64,000 bases of DNA from Eledone cirrhosa (Eukaryota): NCBI GenBank assembly GCA_964016885.1, contig OZ024744.1, forward strand, positions 135,966,001-136,030,000, given 5' to 3'. Below the pieces are notes generated by a model, which saw only the letters and a program-made list of their open reading frames with translations, was not told where the DNA came from and did no database searches. Made by a program: the position numbers and the translations under genes. Of the stretch, positions 37,075 through 48,964 are shown one piece after another. Each line of letters opens with the position of its first letter. The first letter of the stretch is position 1.

Positions 37075-37099
37075 CAAAAGGGTGTGGTAAGAAACCAGA

Positions 37100-37648
37100 T
37101 CAGAGGGATCTCAGCATTCAGTATTAATTGTAAAAGTAAAACTCGCTATCTTCAATTCAGTATTCGTGCCAACCCTTACCTATGAATCTTGAGTAATGAC
37201 CAAAAGAATACGATTGTGAATGCAGGTGTGCCGAAATGGGGGTTCCTATGAAGGGTCTTCAGAGTAACGTTACTCGATAGAGTGCATAGCTTGGAGATCA
37301 GAGAGTCACTCCAGGTAGAGCCACTACTTCTCTGAATTGAGAGATCACAGCTCTGATATTACAGACATGTGGTTAGAATGTCTCAGGAAAGAATCACTGA
37401 ACAGATTTTACAGGCAAAAACCAACTGGTAGGAGACCCAGGGGTAGACCCCGTGCAAGATGGTTGGATAACATTCATGAACATGGATGGTCTCGCTTGGG
37501 CAGCCAGCTGGATTATTTGGAGACTGTTGCTTTTGACAGGACCCAACTGGAAGGAGTGTTTGAGGACTCTGCCTCCACGAGAAGAAGACGAAGAAAAAGA
37601 AAAAGAAAAAGAAAAAGAAAGAAGAAGAAGAAGAAGAAGAAGAAGAAG
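37100..37648 (+). mobile_element. RTE (Rex3-like) LINE 3' fragment with (GAA)n tail
   Basis: IERSQL..RHVVRM, PTGRRPRGRPRARWLD; related pieces at 28317-28490 (+) and 41030-41250 (-). Confidence 0.8.
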
Positions 37649-37657
37649 ATCTATGTT

Positions 37658-37975
37658 GTGATGGCTCATGGCATTGTGGTTAGGGTTTACAATCGTAAGG
37701 TTGTCAGTTCGATTCCTGGCGATGTGTTGTGTCCCTGAGCAAGACATTTTATTTCACGTTGCTCCAGTCCACTCAGCTGGCAAAAATAAATTGTACGTGT
37801 AATTCGAAGAGCCAGCATTGTCACATTCTGTGTCACGTTGAATCTCCCTGAGAACTACGTTAAGTGTCCACATATCTGTGGAATGCTCAGTCACTTGCAC
37901 GTTAATTTTATGAGCAGGCTGTTCTGTTAATCGGATCAACTGGAACACTCATCGTCGTAACTGACGGGTGCTTCA
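37658..37975 (+). mobile_element. tRNA-derived SINE of a second family
   Basis: A-box-like TGGCATTGTGG, B-box GTTCGATTCC, then gtgtccctgagcaagaca (CORE-like). Confidence 0.7.
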
Positions 37976-37984
37976 GTTCAGTTT

Positions 37985-39430
37985 AAAGTCTATTTTACAA
38001 TATTAAAGAAAATGTAAAGGAAGGGGTGAACTGAGCCAACACCAGAGCAAAAGACAGCAGCGAGGGGTACTGGGCAACCTCTCTAATGATTTTTTAGGCA
38101 AGCCAGCACACTGGCAGCGTTGCCTCTGGTGATGGCGAGGCTAATGCGCTGAAACAATCAAGTGCCCTCGCGAGATTCGCTAGTTACCTCTATTAGGCGA
38201 GCCGCCAGTGAAGAGAGGAACCTCGCAGTCAGCGGCCCGACTCCCCCAAACGTCTCGAAAGCCACAGGCTGAAAAATGTAGCTGGCCGACAGATCAGAGT
38301 ATTTGAGGGTCTTACTCCGCTCGGCTGCAGAAGCTGTGGCTCTCGCCCTAACCGCAGCATCCAGGATGTGGGAAGAAGCAAAAGGGTCACTAACAGTGAC
38401 GTCCCAGACAGGGCACCTGCCTCTCGACCAGGGGCACAGGGTAAGGCCATCAGGTCTCTTGCCGTCACTTCTGGACAACCTAGATGGTTCTAAGATTGGG
38501 GAGATGTTCGCCCAGGCCAAAGCTCTCTTGAGGATGAGGTTTAGCTCTGTGTGACGGGCGAAGTGGCCGGCATTCAGGCGGCAAGAAAGACCGCGGAGGC
38601 CTGTGGAGTCGAGGAGTTTGCCGCATCGGCACCTTAAACCCATGCAAACGTCAGCTCCCACTCTGAGGGCTGAGTAGGCCACCAACGTTGGCCACGGGTA
38701 GGGCATCAACTCAGTCGCCTGAGTATTTGGCGCTGGAAAGAATCGCGAGCAATTTATAATGTTATTTAAGCATTTGTAATGTTATTTATGTATATATTTA
38801 AAACATATTTGTTATGTTATTCTACTGTAAATTTATTTATATACTCTGTTTATATTTTCATTCTGAAAGAATTGTAAACGATTTGTAATGTTATTTATAC
38901 AACTGTGAATAAAATAAAATTTTACAATAAAATAAGCTAAATAAAAAAAAACTAACGTTTTATTTCCACTGTAGACTCTTTCGACCTCCGTTGTCCTGTC
39001 GCTACAGTGCCGGCCACCTTCCACGCCATGTTGTCTCAACAAGATCATAAAGCATGTGTTGGATGTTGTAGGCTTCTTCTCCGAACTCGAGCCGGCGGGG
39101 CTGGACCGAGGGGACATGACCATCTTCCCGTTCCGCGGTGGTAAACTGTTCATCTGAGATGCCACATGCAGCGGCAACCTGGTGCATTCTGCGTCTAATC
39201 CAGGCTCTGTTGCACTTCGGGCTGAGGAGGCTAAACTCCCAGCAGTGGAGACTTCTGGTATCCTTGGCTCTAGGACCACCTCTCGTCGGCACAAAGTTGG
39301 TTACCCACAGGTGTGAGCCTAGCCGGCTGGAATGGCTCACCATCCTCCGGGAAACACCTTCTCTATTCTGTCTACCCGGGTCACTGGGTGGCAAGCGTGT
39401 GGACCCCCATTTGTTTATAATAGTAAGAGA
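37985..39430 (-). mobile_element. Internally deleted CRE-clade non-LTR retrotransposon
   Basis: RLE domain CRCG..RH..DGKRPDGLTLCPW..WDVTV..KY..PVAFETFG..LFQRISLAITRGNAASVL; GC-rich 5' portion at 38965-39430; RT missing. Confidence 0.8.
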
Positions 39431-39677
39431 TGGGGAGAGCGGGAGGCAGTGACAGTGGGAGTTTGGTTCTTTTGTGTTCAGACCTGTTGTATATATGTAT
39501 ATATTTATTTACCACACCACATTAACTTATCTATAGTGTTTCATCTTTTCAATGTTTATAGAACTATAGACATAACGTAATCCTCAATACACCTTCTTAT
39601 ATCTGCAGTATATATAAAGTCTATGCTGAATTAAAATAATCAAGAAATAAAACGTTAGAGTCAATTGTCGTCCCTGT

Positions 39678-39720
39678 TTAAATGACGTCATTTAAGGACG
39701 TCATTTAAAGAAGGACGCCA
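39678..39720. promoter_or_regulatory. CRE (TGACGTCA) within an 18-bp palindrome plus two degenerate copies
   Basis: TTAAATGACGTCATTTAA at 39678-39695, then GGACGTCATTTAAA and GGACGCCA, 85-125 bp upstream of the ORF at 39805. Confidence 0.55.
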
Positions 39721-39804
39721 ATATCCGACATCCATATTTTCAACGGTTTATCGGATCCTTTTGAGGAGACTGGATGTCGATACACACTTTGTTACAATAG
39801 CAAA

Positions 39805-40056
39805 ATGAATCCCGATTCTGATTTTAGAAGACCCAAGCGGCGGTATATTTTACGGAAACGGAGAGCTCCAAGTAACAATAAAATACGGAGTAATTCAAGA
39901 AAATGTAACAGAAGGAAAGTACCTAAAAAACGAAATGTTAAACGCAAAAGTAAAACGAAAGCTAATGAACAACCAGGCAGACTTTCAAGGATGGCAGCGT
40001 GGTTTAAAGGTTTAATTAGAAAACCTGTTCGCAAGAAAAATGTCCCGCGAACTTGA
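39805..40056 (+). CDS. Small intronless Lys/Arg-rich protein (83 aa), putative sperm-nuclear or nucleic-acid-binding protein
   Basis: 33 of 83 residues are K/R; CAAAATG start context; non-repetitive DNA; upstream CRE; T-rich 3' flank. Confidence 0.5.
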   Translation: MNPDSDFRRPKRRYILRKRRAPSNNKIRSNSRKCNRRKVPKKRNVKRKSKTKANEQPGRLSRMAAWFKGLIRKPVRKKNVPRT

Positions 40057-40801
40057 TACTTGAACTTTCGATTTTCTTTAAACAACAAAAAGTGTGGGGA
40101 AAGTCCTTCTTTATCCTTGTTGTCAAAGTACCTTCTTTTGTTTCCAGAAAAACATTTTTTGGTTTTATAAACTTAAAAAAATTTGTTTTTATTAACTTAA
40201 CTTATTTCTTTATATAGAATTATATATTTTGTTTCGTGGACTGGTGAATATTCTTTTACGTATTTACACAAAACAAAATATATTAAAAGGATATATTTCA
40301 ACGTATGGAACTTCATTTCTTTTTCAAAGAAAAGACTTACGAGATTTAATTTAGTTTAATTTCTTTTTTTCCTTTTAAAGAAATTTAAGAAAATTTATGG
40401 GAATTGCCGAATTTCGGTGATATCTAAAAGATGTGTACATTTTTCATTGGCAGCACGGCCCTCCCAAAATCCATCAGAATATAAATTGCTGGCATTGTTC
40501 TTAAATTATAAACCATTATATATAAATTTATTTTATATAAATGAAATACAAAAATCTATCAACTGTATTTTCGTGAGTTATCTCCTCTTGTATCCAGTGA
40601 AGCCACATAAAATATTTATAAATTGTCTTTTATTGTTGTTTTACAACAATTCAACACCAAGATCAATCAAGGTGCATGATATATATATGTGGTGATATGG
40701 TGCTGTATTTTACTTAAATTTATATACGGTTCTGATATATTTGATATATATTTATCCTTATCGAGCCCTCTTTGGATTTTAGTCTTCAAATTTATTATTA
40801 T

Positions 40802-40855
<54 letters not shown>

Positions 40856-41976
40856 GTATATATATATTATTATTATTATTATTATTATAAATTAATAATA
40901 ATTTCATTGTACAGAGGATAAACATTTAAGATATTTCAGAGTAACTTCCCATGAGGAGGAAGGGGCATAATTCTTAAATTACTTTTACTGGGAAGCCTTG
41001 TTTCTTCTTTTTCACTCACTTATTCGTGGGGTCAGAGTCCTCAGACACTCCTTCCTGCTGGTCCTGTCAGAAGCAATCGTCTCCAGCTGATCCGGCTGGA
41101 TCTCCAAGTGAGACCAGCTAAGATCATAGATGTTATCCAACCATCTTGTTCGGGAGGGTCTACCCTTGGGTCTCCTGTCAATGGTTTTACCCGTAAAAAC
41201 TGTCCAGTGATTCTTTCCTGAGACATTCTAACTACATGTCTGTAATATCGGAGAGTACTTGTAATTATCTAATAATATTTAAGCTATAATCAAGAATTCT
41301 TATGGTGTGGTTGCTATCATTGATAAGGGCGTAGGTATAGCTGTTAAGTGGTTAAGTGGTTCTTGAGACCTCCCTCGCCCCTGGGTTCAATCTTGCTATT
41401 TCGAATCTTGAGTTACTTTCCCATAGCTTCTAGTTAACCCTATTTTAAACATAGAGGTGAAATTAGTTAAGACGTAAATCGGATTTATTGTGGTGGACTG
41501 TGCCCGTAATTCAGTGGCTCGCATATTATGCTGATTCGGCTGTGATTATTAAATATTAATGGTTATAAGTGGCTGTGGAATACTCAACCACTTATATGAC
41601 TTAAATGTTAACTCACGAAATTCGACTGATGCAGCAACTGAATGCAAATTTATTAATTAGTGTATATTATTTTTTTGTTACAAATTTTATTGCAAATATA
41701 TAGTACACCTGAGCACTGTACAGAATTTTCATTATTGAAATCGATGGAAGATCGATTATCAGTGATTGATTGATTGATCGGTAACAAACAGTGACTGAAC
41801 TGAACTAGATTTGATGATAAATCGACTCTGTAACTCTGTTCTATCTATTATTTAATCAAAGATGTTCTTGAAAGTGTCCAAACCATCATATTTTCTAGCC
41901 ATAATAAATCAACGAAGCCAGTGTTATAAACCATTATAATATATGAAAAACTATTATGATTATTATATGTCGGTCC

Positions 41977-42070
41977 TTTGCCTTTCATCCTTACGGGGTC
42001 GATAAAATAAAGTACCAGTAATGCACTGGGATAATTGCTGGCCTTGTGCCAAAAGTAGAAACAATTATTA
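41977..42070 (+). mobile_element. SINE 3' fragment
   Basis: Matches the 3' half of the 21461-21648 SINE; other fragments at 8906-8958, 50778-50830 and 55604-55772. Confidence 0.8.
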
Positions 42071-42289
42071 TTATTAGTAGTAGTATTACTTTTAGTAATT
42101 GTAGAATGTTTTGATTCAAAAGAAAATAGAAGGAAAATAGATAATTCGTTAAATTATGTGAAACTAACTATAAGAATTATAATTGTTACCTCGAAATATG
42201 TTGAAATAATTAATAATCTATCACCTGTAGATCGATTGACAGATCGATAGGTAGGTATAGATAGATAGGCATGTATAGATAGATAGATA

Positions 42290-43510
42290 TGTTTCTTTAT
42301 TAGCCACAGGGGCACAAAAGAAGGGGACAAATACAAAGGGGGAAGTTTACATACAATAAAGACGTGTAAAATGTTATCACAAATGCAATTTAAAAAATTA
42401 GTCGATTTTCCCCAATAGGGGGAGACATTTCATATGGGTAACACATACCCCCGAAAAAATGTGCAACCCTCATCTCCAGGAGTACGAAGTGTTTCTACTC
42501 CTTTCCTCTCCTCCTTCTTTTCCTCAACCTACAGGCTGATATAGAGAGAAGGCCCATTCACTCGGGCCATTCTCGCCACTTTCACCCACCTTTCATAAAA
42601 CTTGCTGGGGTACAGCACCTCTCTCTCCATCCTGATTCTTCTTCCAAAGTGGTATTTGAAAAAAAGAATCAGTTGTTGGCCGGAGAGAAAGGTGTCTGAC
42701 CTCAGCCCTTTCAACCTTGTCCACCATACAACCTCTTTCGCCATAGCTATCACACAAAGGAAAACCGCCTCTCCTTCGTTTTTGAAGGAGGGTGGCGGTT
42801 TGATCATGACAATGGACTCGGTGGTCAACCGGATTGGTCCCACCCGCGACAATAGTCGTTCTACATAGCCCCACAGGTCAGTGACGCCCGGGCAGTGTAT
42901 GAATGCGTGCGCGACAGTTTCTTCGTTACGCACGCACCTCGGACAGATCTTTTTTGCAGGGTCCCTGCCCGGGCGCCCATGTCTGTAGAGCTTGTCTCGA
43001 ACTGGTAGAGCTCCTCGGTAGCACTGCCAGGCCAGGGACTTTTGGAAGTTGTCCATCGGTCCCGGGCGTAAGGTCCTACCGAACAGACTGGCCAGTTCAT
43101 CTTCCTCTACGCCTAGAGTTTCACCGAGCGCGTCGTCGCATTTGCTGCGGATCAACCCTCTATAGAATGACGAAGTGGAGTCTCCACTGATCGCCGGGTC
43201 CGCCTGCTAGAGGGCTGTGAGAGCCTGAGCACATTCGATGTGCCAGTCGCCCATTTTTCTCGGTCTTTGCTTGACCCAGGGCTGCAGCTCGGTCAGCGAG
43301 ACGAGTCGTGGGAAGGCTCGCCTCACGAACGGGGTCCACACCGGTTGTCCGGTGAGGAATACGTAGAGATGCCGCAGCCTGAGCGCGTGTTTGCGCATCG
43401 TCAGCCACGGCATCCCCAGCCCTCCGTTAGAAGGGTGTTGGCAGCAGATGGATCTTCTCACCAAAGGAGCCCGCCTCTTCCAAAGGAATTGGAAGAGCGC
43501 GCGCTCCATT
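42290..43510 (-). mobile_element. 5'-truncated Tx1 LINE (GATA-associated family)
   Basis: ORF2 C-terminus (FQKSLAWQCYRGAL, CPRC...H..C); (GATA)n at both ends. Confidence 0.9.
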
Positions 43511-43760
43511 AGACAGATATACAGCTAGATAGATAGATAGATATATTTCTTTATTTACCATAAAGGCATAAAAAGAAGGGACAAATACAAAGGGGGAGTT
43601 TACATAAAATCGAGTAAAAAGGGTATAAAATGAAAATAATCGAAAACAACCTCAAAAGGGAGGGGACGTGATGGGGGTTGCACACACCCCCGAAAAAGTG
43701 TGCAATCCTTTGCCCGGGGAGCACATGGAGAAGGTGCTCCCCTCTCCTTCAATTCTTTAC

Positions 43761-46700
43761 CTACAGGATGGTATACAGAGAAGGCCCATTTACACGAGCC
43801 ATTCTCGCCACTATCACCCACCTTTCATAAAACTGCCTGTGGCCAAGCACCTCTCTCTCCATTCTTATCCTTCTTCCGAAGTGATATCGGAAGAAGTAGA
43901 CCAGACTATGGCCAGAGAGGAAGTTGCCTGACCTCAGACCTTTCAATCGTGTCCACCAAACAACCTCTTTCAACATGGCTATTACGCACAGAAAAACCGC
44001 CTTTGCTTCCTTTGTGAAGAGGGGAGGCGGCTTGATTGTCATCACGGACTCGGTGGTCAATCGAATCGGCGACAGCAGTCGTTCGGCGTAGCCCCACAGA
44101 TCAGCCACGCCCGGACATTGCACCAATGCGTGCGCAACGGTTTCTTCGTGACGCACGCATCTAGGGCAAATCTTTTTCGAGGGATCCCTGCCCGGGCACC
44201 CGTGTCTGTAGAGCCTCTCTTGAACGGATAGAGCCCCCCGGTAGCACTGCCAGGCTAGTGACTTCTGGAAGTTGTCCATTGGTCCTGGGCCGAAAGTCCT
44301 ACCGAACAGGCTGGCCAGTTCGTCCTCCTCCATGTCCAGAGACTCTCCAAGGGTGTCATCGCCCCTGCTAGCCACCAGCCCTCTATAGAATGATGAGGTG
44401 GATTCTCCACCGATGGCCGGGTCCGCTTGCCAGAGAGCCCTGAGCGCCTGGGCACACTCAGTGTGCCAGTCTCCCAGTTTTCCGGATCTTTGCTTGACCC
44501 AGGACTGCAGCTCGGTGAGCGAGACGAGTCTCGGAAAGGCTCGTTTCACGAACGGAGCCCACACCGGTTGACCAGTGAGGAATACCTGTAGGTGCCGTAG
44601 CCTTAATGCGTGCCTACGCATCATCAACCACGGCATCCCCAGCCCTCCTTTCGAAGGTTGTTGGCAGCAGATGGATCTTCTCACCATAGGAGGGCGCTTC
44701 TTCCAAAGAAATTGGAAGAGCATGCGTTCCATGGTGGTGAGTGTTTCCTTAGGGCAAGGTACGACAGTCAGGCGGTAGTAAGTGACGGACGCTATGTAAA
44801 TGTTCGCCACCTCCGCCCGACCTTTTAGGGACAGCTTACACTTGGCCCATTTCTGGGTTAGTGCAAACACCTTGTTCGTAACCTCGTTCCAGTTCTTTTC
44901 CACCTGGAGGTCCGGTCCAAACCAGACCCCAAGCAACTTCACTGGGCCCTCCGTCCAGTGTCCGACGACACCGTCGGGAGGCATCGGTCTGCCTCTCCAC
45001 GTTCCGAGTTGCAGCCCGATGGATTTTTCCCGGTTCAGTTTCGCTCCTGACAACCTTTCGTAATCCTCCAGTAAAGTACCGATCGCCTCGATCTCCGAGT
45101 CGGTCGATACCATTACTGTTACGTCATCGGCGTAGGCCGACACCACTTTGCTCAATCCTGGTTCCAGGGGGATACCCTGCAACAACTCCAACTTCCGCAG
45201 TAAAGGCTCGAGAGTCAATACGTACAGAAAGGAGGAGAGAGGGCACCCCTGTCGAATGGATCGTGTGATTTCGAATGGCTTCGAAAGGTAGCCGTTCACC
45301 TTGATCCTAGAACAGATGTGGTTGCTATGTAAGGCAGTGATCCAGCCTCTGAAAACAGGACCAAACCCAGCCGCCGCTAGCAACGCATCCAGGTAACCAT
45401 GGTCGACCCTATCGAATGCCTTAGACTGATCCAAGTTGATCAGGGCCCCACCGAAGTCGGGTTTGTTGCCAACCCTCTCTATGATGTATCGCATGAGGTG
45501 GAGGTTATCGTGAATGGACCTGGATGGGATAGCACATGTCTGCGCATCTCCCACCAGGCCACCCACGACAAGCGCCAACCTCTTTGCTAACATCTTTAAC
45601 TCTGTGTTTAGCAGGGTTATGGGCCGAAAATGATTTATACTATCCCCCTTGTTCTCGTCCTTTCTCACCAGCGAGACTACGCCCTTGGCTACAGAACAAG
45701 GAATTCTCCCGTTCTGCTGCCAATTGCAGTAGACCGCTTCGAGGAGTTCGGAGAAGAAGACCGGCATTGCTAAATAAAGTTTGTAAGGTATACCATCGAG
45801 ACCTGGAGATTTGCGTCTGCTGCATTGGCTCAGCGCATCCCCGATCTCATCAGCCGAGATTGGTCCCTCGCAGGACTCTGCCTCTTCGCTCGAGAGACGC
45901 GGCAGGCCGTCGAGGTATGGACTGAAATCCACGTCCCTGCCCGGACCCTCGCCTCCCTCGAATAATCGGGCAAAGTGCCTTTTAAAGGCCTCGCACATCT
46001 GCTTAGGCTCCCGGATTACCCGTCCATCCTCGTCTTGCAAAGACCGGATGGTGGATCGATTTCCACTCTTAGCTTCTGTCACGCGGGCCCAGCCAATGGC
46101 TTTGGCCCCCTCATTACCTAGAGCACGTATTTTACTTCGAATGACGCAGCCTTCGTGCTTTGCATCGAAAAACTGGCTCAAGGCCGTCCTCGATGCCAGC
46201 ACTCTGGCCACATCTTCGCTCTTGATTGCCTCTTCTAATTTACCTGTTAATTCTTTCTCGTTTCTATTCCTACCGGCAGCTAACATCTTGCTATAACTTA
46301 TTGATTCTGTTCTAATCTCTCTTTTGAGAGATGACCACCATCGATTGTTGACGATTGCACCCGTTAACCTCTCCTTAACTAATCTGCTAATCCGGTTTCT
46401 GTAAGTCTCTTTTGCCGGTAAAGACAAATTAAGTTTCCAGTAACCGGGACCCTGTTTATGTGTTTTCTCAAGATTGACTACGCAGGTCACTAATTTGTGA
46501 TCCGTATAGCCAACCGTGAGCATTTCTGGACAGCTTAATATGTCCCTATCCTTACTTCTAACTAAGAATCTATCTAAGTACGATCTAGATTGACCACTGT
46601 GGTTCGTCCAAGTCCAGGTTGGCACAGTTGGAAAATCTAGTCGATATCTATCGACCAAGTTAAAACGGTCGAGTAACCCCTTGAGGCTGTTACACCCCCC

Positions 46701-47177
46701 TCTATTAGGACATGCTCCTGCATAGTCCCAACGTGCATCTAGGATGTCATTCCAGTCCCCCGCTAGAAGCAGGGAACGCAAAGTTCCCAGAAAAGTCTCC
46801 AGACGCTGGAAGAAGTCGGGTCGTTCAGCTCCGAAAGGGGAGTAGATGGCGACCAGTCTCAAGGCCGCACCTTCACTACTGTCAACGTCTAGCACCAACA
46901 AACGACCCTCCGGGTCCGAGTGAACAACCTGTACGGCGAGACCCAGGTGTTTTTCCAGCAGTACGACAACCCCACCCCCACCTCCATGTTGACAGAGAGA
47001 TGCATGCACCTCAAAGTTATCGAAGGTAGGGGCCAGCTGCCGCACGACGCTGATCCGAGTCTCACAGATAACCATTACATTTATACCACGTGACCTGAGG
47101 TCATTTAGAAGCTTTGCTTGCTTCCAAGTTGAGCCCAGGCCACGTGCATTCAAACATCCTACTCTTAACACATCCAT
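43761..47177 (-). CDS. Tx1 LINE ORF2 (APE endonuclease, reverse transcriptase, CCHC finger), 1138 aa
   Basis: LNARGL, GDWN, SYLDRF, TDHKLV, YWKLN, LDQSKAFDRVDH, RQGCPLS, AYADDV, CPRC...H..C. Confidence 0.95.
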   Translation of the reverse strand: MDVLRVGCLNARGLGSTWKQAKLLNDLRSRGINVMVICETRISVVRQLAPTFDNFEVHASLCQHGGGGGVVVLLEKHLGLAVQVVHSDPEGRLLVLDVDSSEGAALRLVAIYSPFGAERPDFFQRLETFLGTLRSLLLAGDWNDILDARWDYAGACPNRGGCNSLKGLLDRFNLVDRYRLDFPTVPTWTWTNHSGQSRSYLDRFLVRSKDRDILSCPEMLTVGYTDHKLVTCVVNLEKTHKQGPGYWKLNLSLPAKETYRNRISRLVKERLTGAIVNNRWWSSLKREIRTESISYSKMLAAGRNRNEKELTGKLEEAIKSEDVARVLASRTALSQFFDAKHEGCVIRSKIRALGNEGAKAIGWARVTEAKSGNRSTIRSLQDEDGRVIREPKQMCEAFKRHFARLFEGGEGPGRDVDFSPYLDGLPRLSSEEAESCEGPISADEIGDALSQCSRRKSPGLDGIPYKLYLAMPVFFSELLEAVYCNWQQNGRIPCSVAKGVVSLVRKDENKGDSINHFRPITLLNTELKMLAKRLALVVGGLVGDAQTCAIPSRSIHDNLHLMRYIIERVGNKPDFGGALINLDQSKAFDRVDHGYLDALLAAAGFGPVFRGWITALHSNHICSRIKVNGYLSKPFEITRSIRQGCPLSSFLYVLTLEPLLRKLELLQGIPLEPGLSKVVSAYADDVTVMVSTDSEIEAIGTLLEDYERLSGAKLNREKSIGLQLGTWRGRPMPPDGVVGHWTEGPVKLLGVWFGPDLQVEKNWNEVTNKVFALTQKWAKCKLSLKGRAEVANIYIASVTYYRLTVVPCPKETLTTMERMLFQFLWKKRPPMVRRSICCQQPSKGGLGMPWLMMRRHALRLRHLQVFLTGQPVWAPFVKRAFPRLVSLTELQSWVKQRSGKLGDWHTECAQALRALWQADPAIGGESTSSFYRGLVASRGDDTLGESLDMEEDELASLFGRTFGPGPMDNFQKSLAWQCYRGALSVQERLYRHGCPGRDPSKKICPRCVRHEETVAHALVQCPGVADLWGYAERLLSPIRLTTESVMTIKPPPLFTKEAKAVFLCVIAMLKEVVWWTRLKGLRSGNFLSGHSLVYFFRYHFGRRIRMEREVLGHRQFYERWVIVARMARVNGPSLYTIL

Positions 47178-48964
47178 GTGGGCGGCAAAGCCAAAGGAGA
47201 GTGTAGAGACCTACCTTTCTGCTTCCCGGGGTTCGGGTCGCACGACTTCCATGGGGTCGGGGGTGTTGGGTGAAGGGTGTCTTGTGGTGGTGTGGGGTCG
47301 TCAGTGTGTTGTGGGGTTGGGGTGTTTGGAGTTGTGTTGGGGAGGGGAAGGGGAGGGGGAAAGCTTTTTAGTAGGACGCGGTTTATGGGTTTGACAGAGG
47401 GTGGTCCTACGTCCTCCTTAAAATCCTTTTTTAGTTTTTGGTAGAGGTTCATTGGGATCTTTATTAATTTTAAATGTGGGTAGTTTTCTGAAGAAACAAA
47501 GTTTACACCTTCGGTTTGTACCGAAGGGTTATTGTTTATGAGTTCATTTAATTTATTATTGTTTCTGTTGATGTAAGTATAGTGTAATGTCTTTTTTTCG
47601 GATGGTGTGAGTGTTTCGAAGAGGGGAGGGACAGGCTTGGTTTTGTTTGTTGCTGGAGGGGTGTTTTGTGTTTTGTTGGATTGTGTTGACATTTGGGTAG
47701 GGGTTGTTTGGCCTTGTGTGTTTTGCACATGTTTTCTTTTTTTTCTTTTAATCTGTCTGAAGGACTCCGTTTCTTCCTCCGAATTCGTTGGGTTATCTTC
47801 AGTGTTGGAGGGAAGAGGTATGTTTGCTGGTAGTGTTTCCGTGTTGGTTTTCTTTGTGGGGGAGATGGATGTCACTAAGTTAGACTGTGTTGTGTGTTGT
47901 GGCTGCGGTGGTTGTGTTGTTTTATTGAGTGAGGGGTTGGGTGGGACTGTTTTTTGTTTTTGGGTAATGTGTTGTGACTGTTTGTGTTGTGGTGGTGGTG
48001 TTATTTTATTGAGGGACGGGTTGGGTGGGACTGAGTTTTGTTGTTTGTTTATATGTTGTGGTGGTGGTGGAGCTGGTGTTGGTAGCAGGGTTTTCTTCTT
48101 GTTGAGTTGGGGACAAGCCGCCTTCAGGTGCCCTCTGCCTGCACAGATATGACAGGACGGCCTTCTCCCCTCCACGTTAATGTTTATATACCCGTGGCCC
48201 TCTAATAGGATTCTGTCGGGTATTTGGGCAATGCGTTCAGGCTTCATTTGCACTACAAGTTCTATACCTGTTCCACTGAACGCATTGCCTGTGGTTTTCC
48301 CAATGGAAATCACGTTGTCATTTGCTGGATCGATGAAGCCAGCTATGAGCCAGCAGTAGTCCACACCTGGCCTCATCGCATCCAGCCATATGCGCTGAGT
48401 TCTTTTACCCATATAAGATGGATAAAAGGTAAAATTTGTCGAACGAATCGGCGACAAAGCATATTTTTTTGCCGCCGATTCGTTCTTCATAATAATCGCT
48501 AGGCTTCCATACAGTCTGTCTCTTCTTATGAAAGTGGTTTCATTAAGTACTTCTGTAAGTACTGCTTTGATTTCTGTTTGTGTTGGTTGTTGAGGTTTTT
48601 TAGAAATGTTGTTGATGGTGCGGAAAACGACCCTCCGACTTTCAATGTCTTTGGTGAGTTCTTGAGGCATTTTTACCGATAAAATACCATTTTCCCCTTG
48701 AGTTATGTATTGTTTGGCGTTTTTAATTCTTTGTGCCACATCTGAAATATTTTCAGGTATATATGTCAAATATTTCTTTGTTGTTTGTGCAAATGAAATA
48801 TTATTGGTGTTGACTTTGTCGTCTGCTTTGCTTTCTGTTATGATGCTGTTTTCAAATGTTATTTTTGTGTTTGTTGTTTTTGTTTGTGGTATTAATATTG
48901 TCATGCAATTTTTCAATTTTTTTTTTGTTGTTGGAATCAATGTCCAGATTTGTGTTTTCGTCAT
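47165..48964 (-). CDS. Tx1 LINE ORF1 (zinc knuckle, Pro/Thr/Gln-rich tail)
   Basis: CHICAGRGHLKAAC knuckle; overlaps ORF2 by 13 nt; the true start may be ORF 48852-49112 joined by a frameshift in the A-rich tract. Confidence 0.85.
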   Translation of the reverse strand: MTKTQIWTLIPTTKKKLKNCMTILIPQTKTTNTKITFENSIITESKADDKVNTNNISFAQTTKKYLTYIPENISDVAQRIKNAKQYITQGENGILSVKMPQELTKDIESRRVVFRTINNISKKPQQPTQTEIKAVLTEVLNETTFIRRDRLYGSLAIIMKNESAAKKYALSPIRSTNFTFYPSYMGKRTQRIWLDAMRPGVDYCWLIAGFIDPANDNVISIGKTTGNAFSGTGIELVVQMKPERIAQIPDRILLEGHGYININVEGRRPSCHICAGRGHLKAACPQLNKKKTLLPTPAPPPPQHINKQQNSVPPNPSLNKITPPPQHKQSQHITQKQKTVPPNPSLNKTTQPPQPQHTTQSNLVTSISPTKKTNTETLPANIPLPSNTEDNPTNSEEETESFRQIKRKKRKHVQNTQGQTTPTQMSTQSNKTQNTPPATNKTKPVPPLFETLTPSEKKTLHYTYINRNNNKLNELINNNPSVQTEGVNFVSSENYPHLKLIKIPMNLYQKLKKDFKEDVGPPSVKPINRVLLKSFPPPLPLPNTTPNTPTPQHTDDPTPPQDTLHPTPPTPWKSCDPNPGKQKGRSLHSPLALPPTWMC

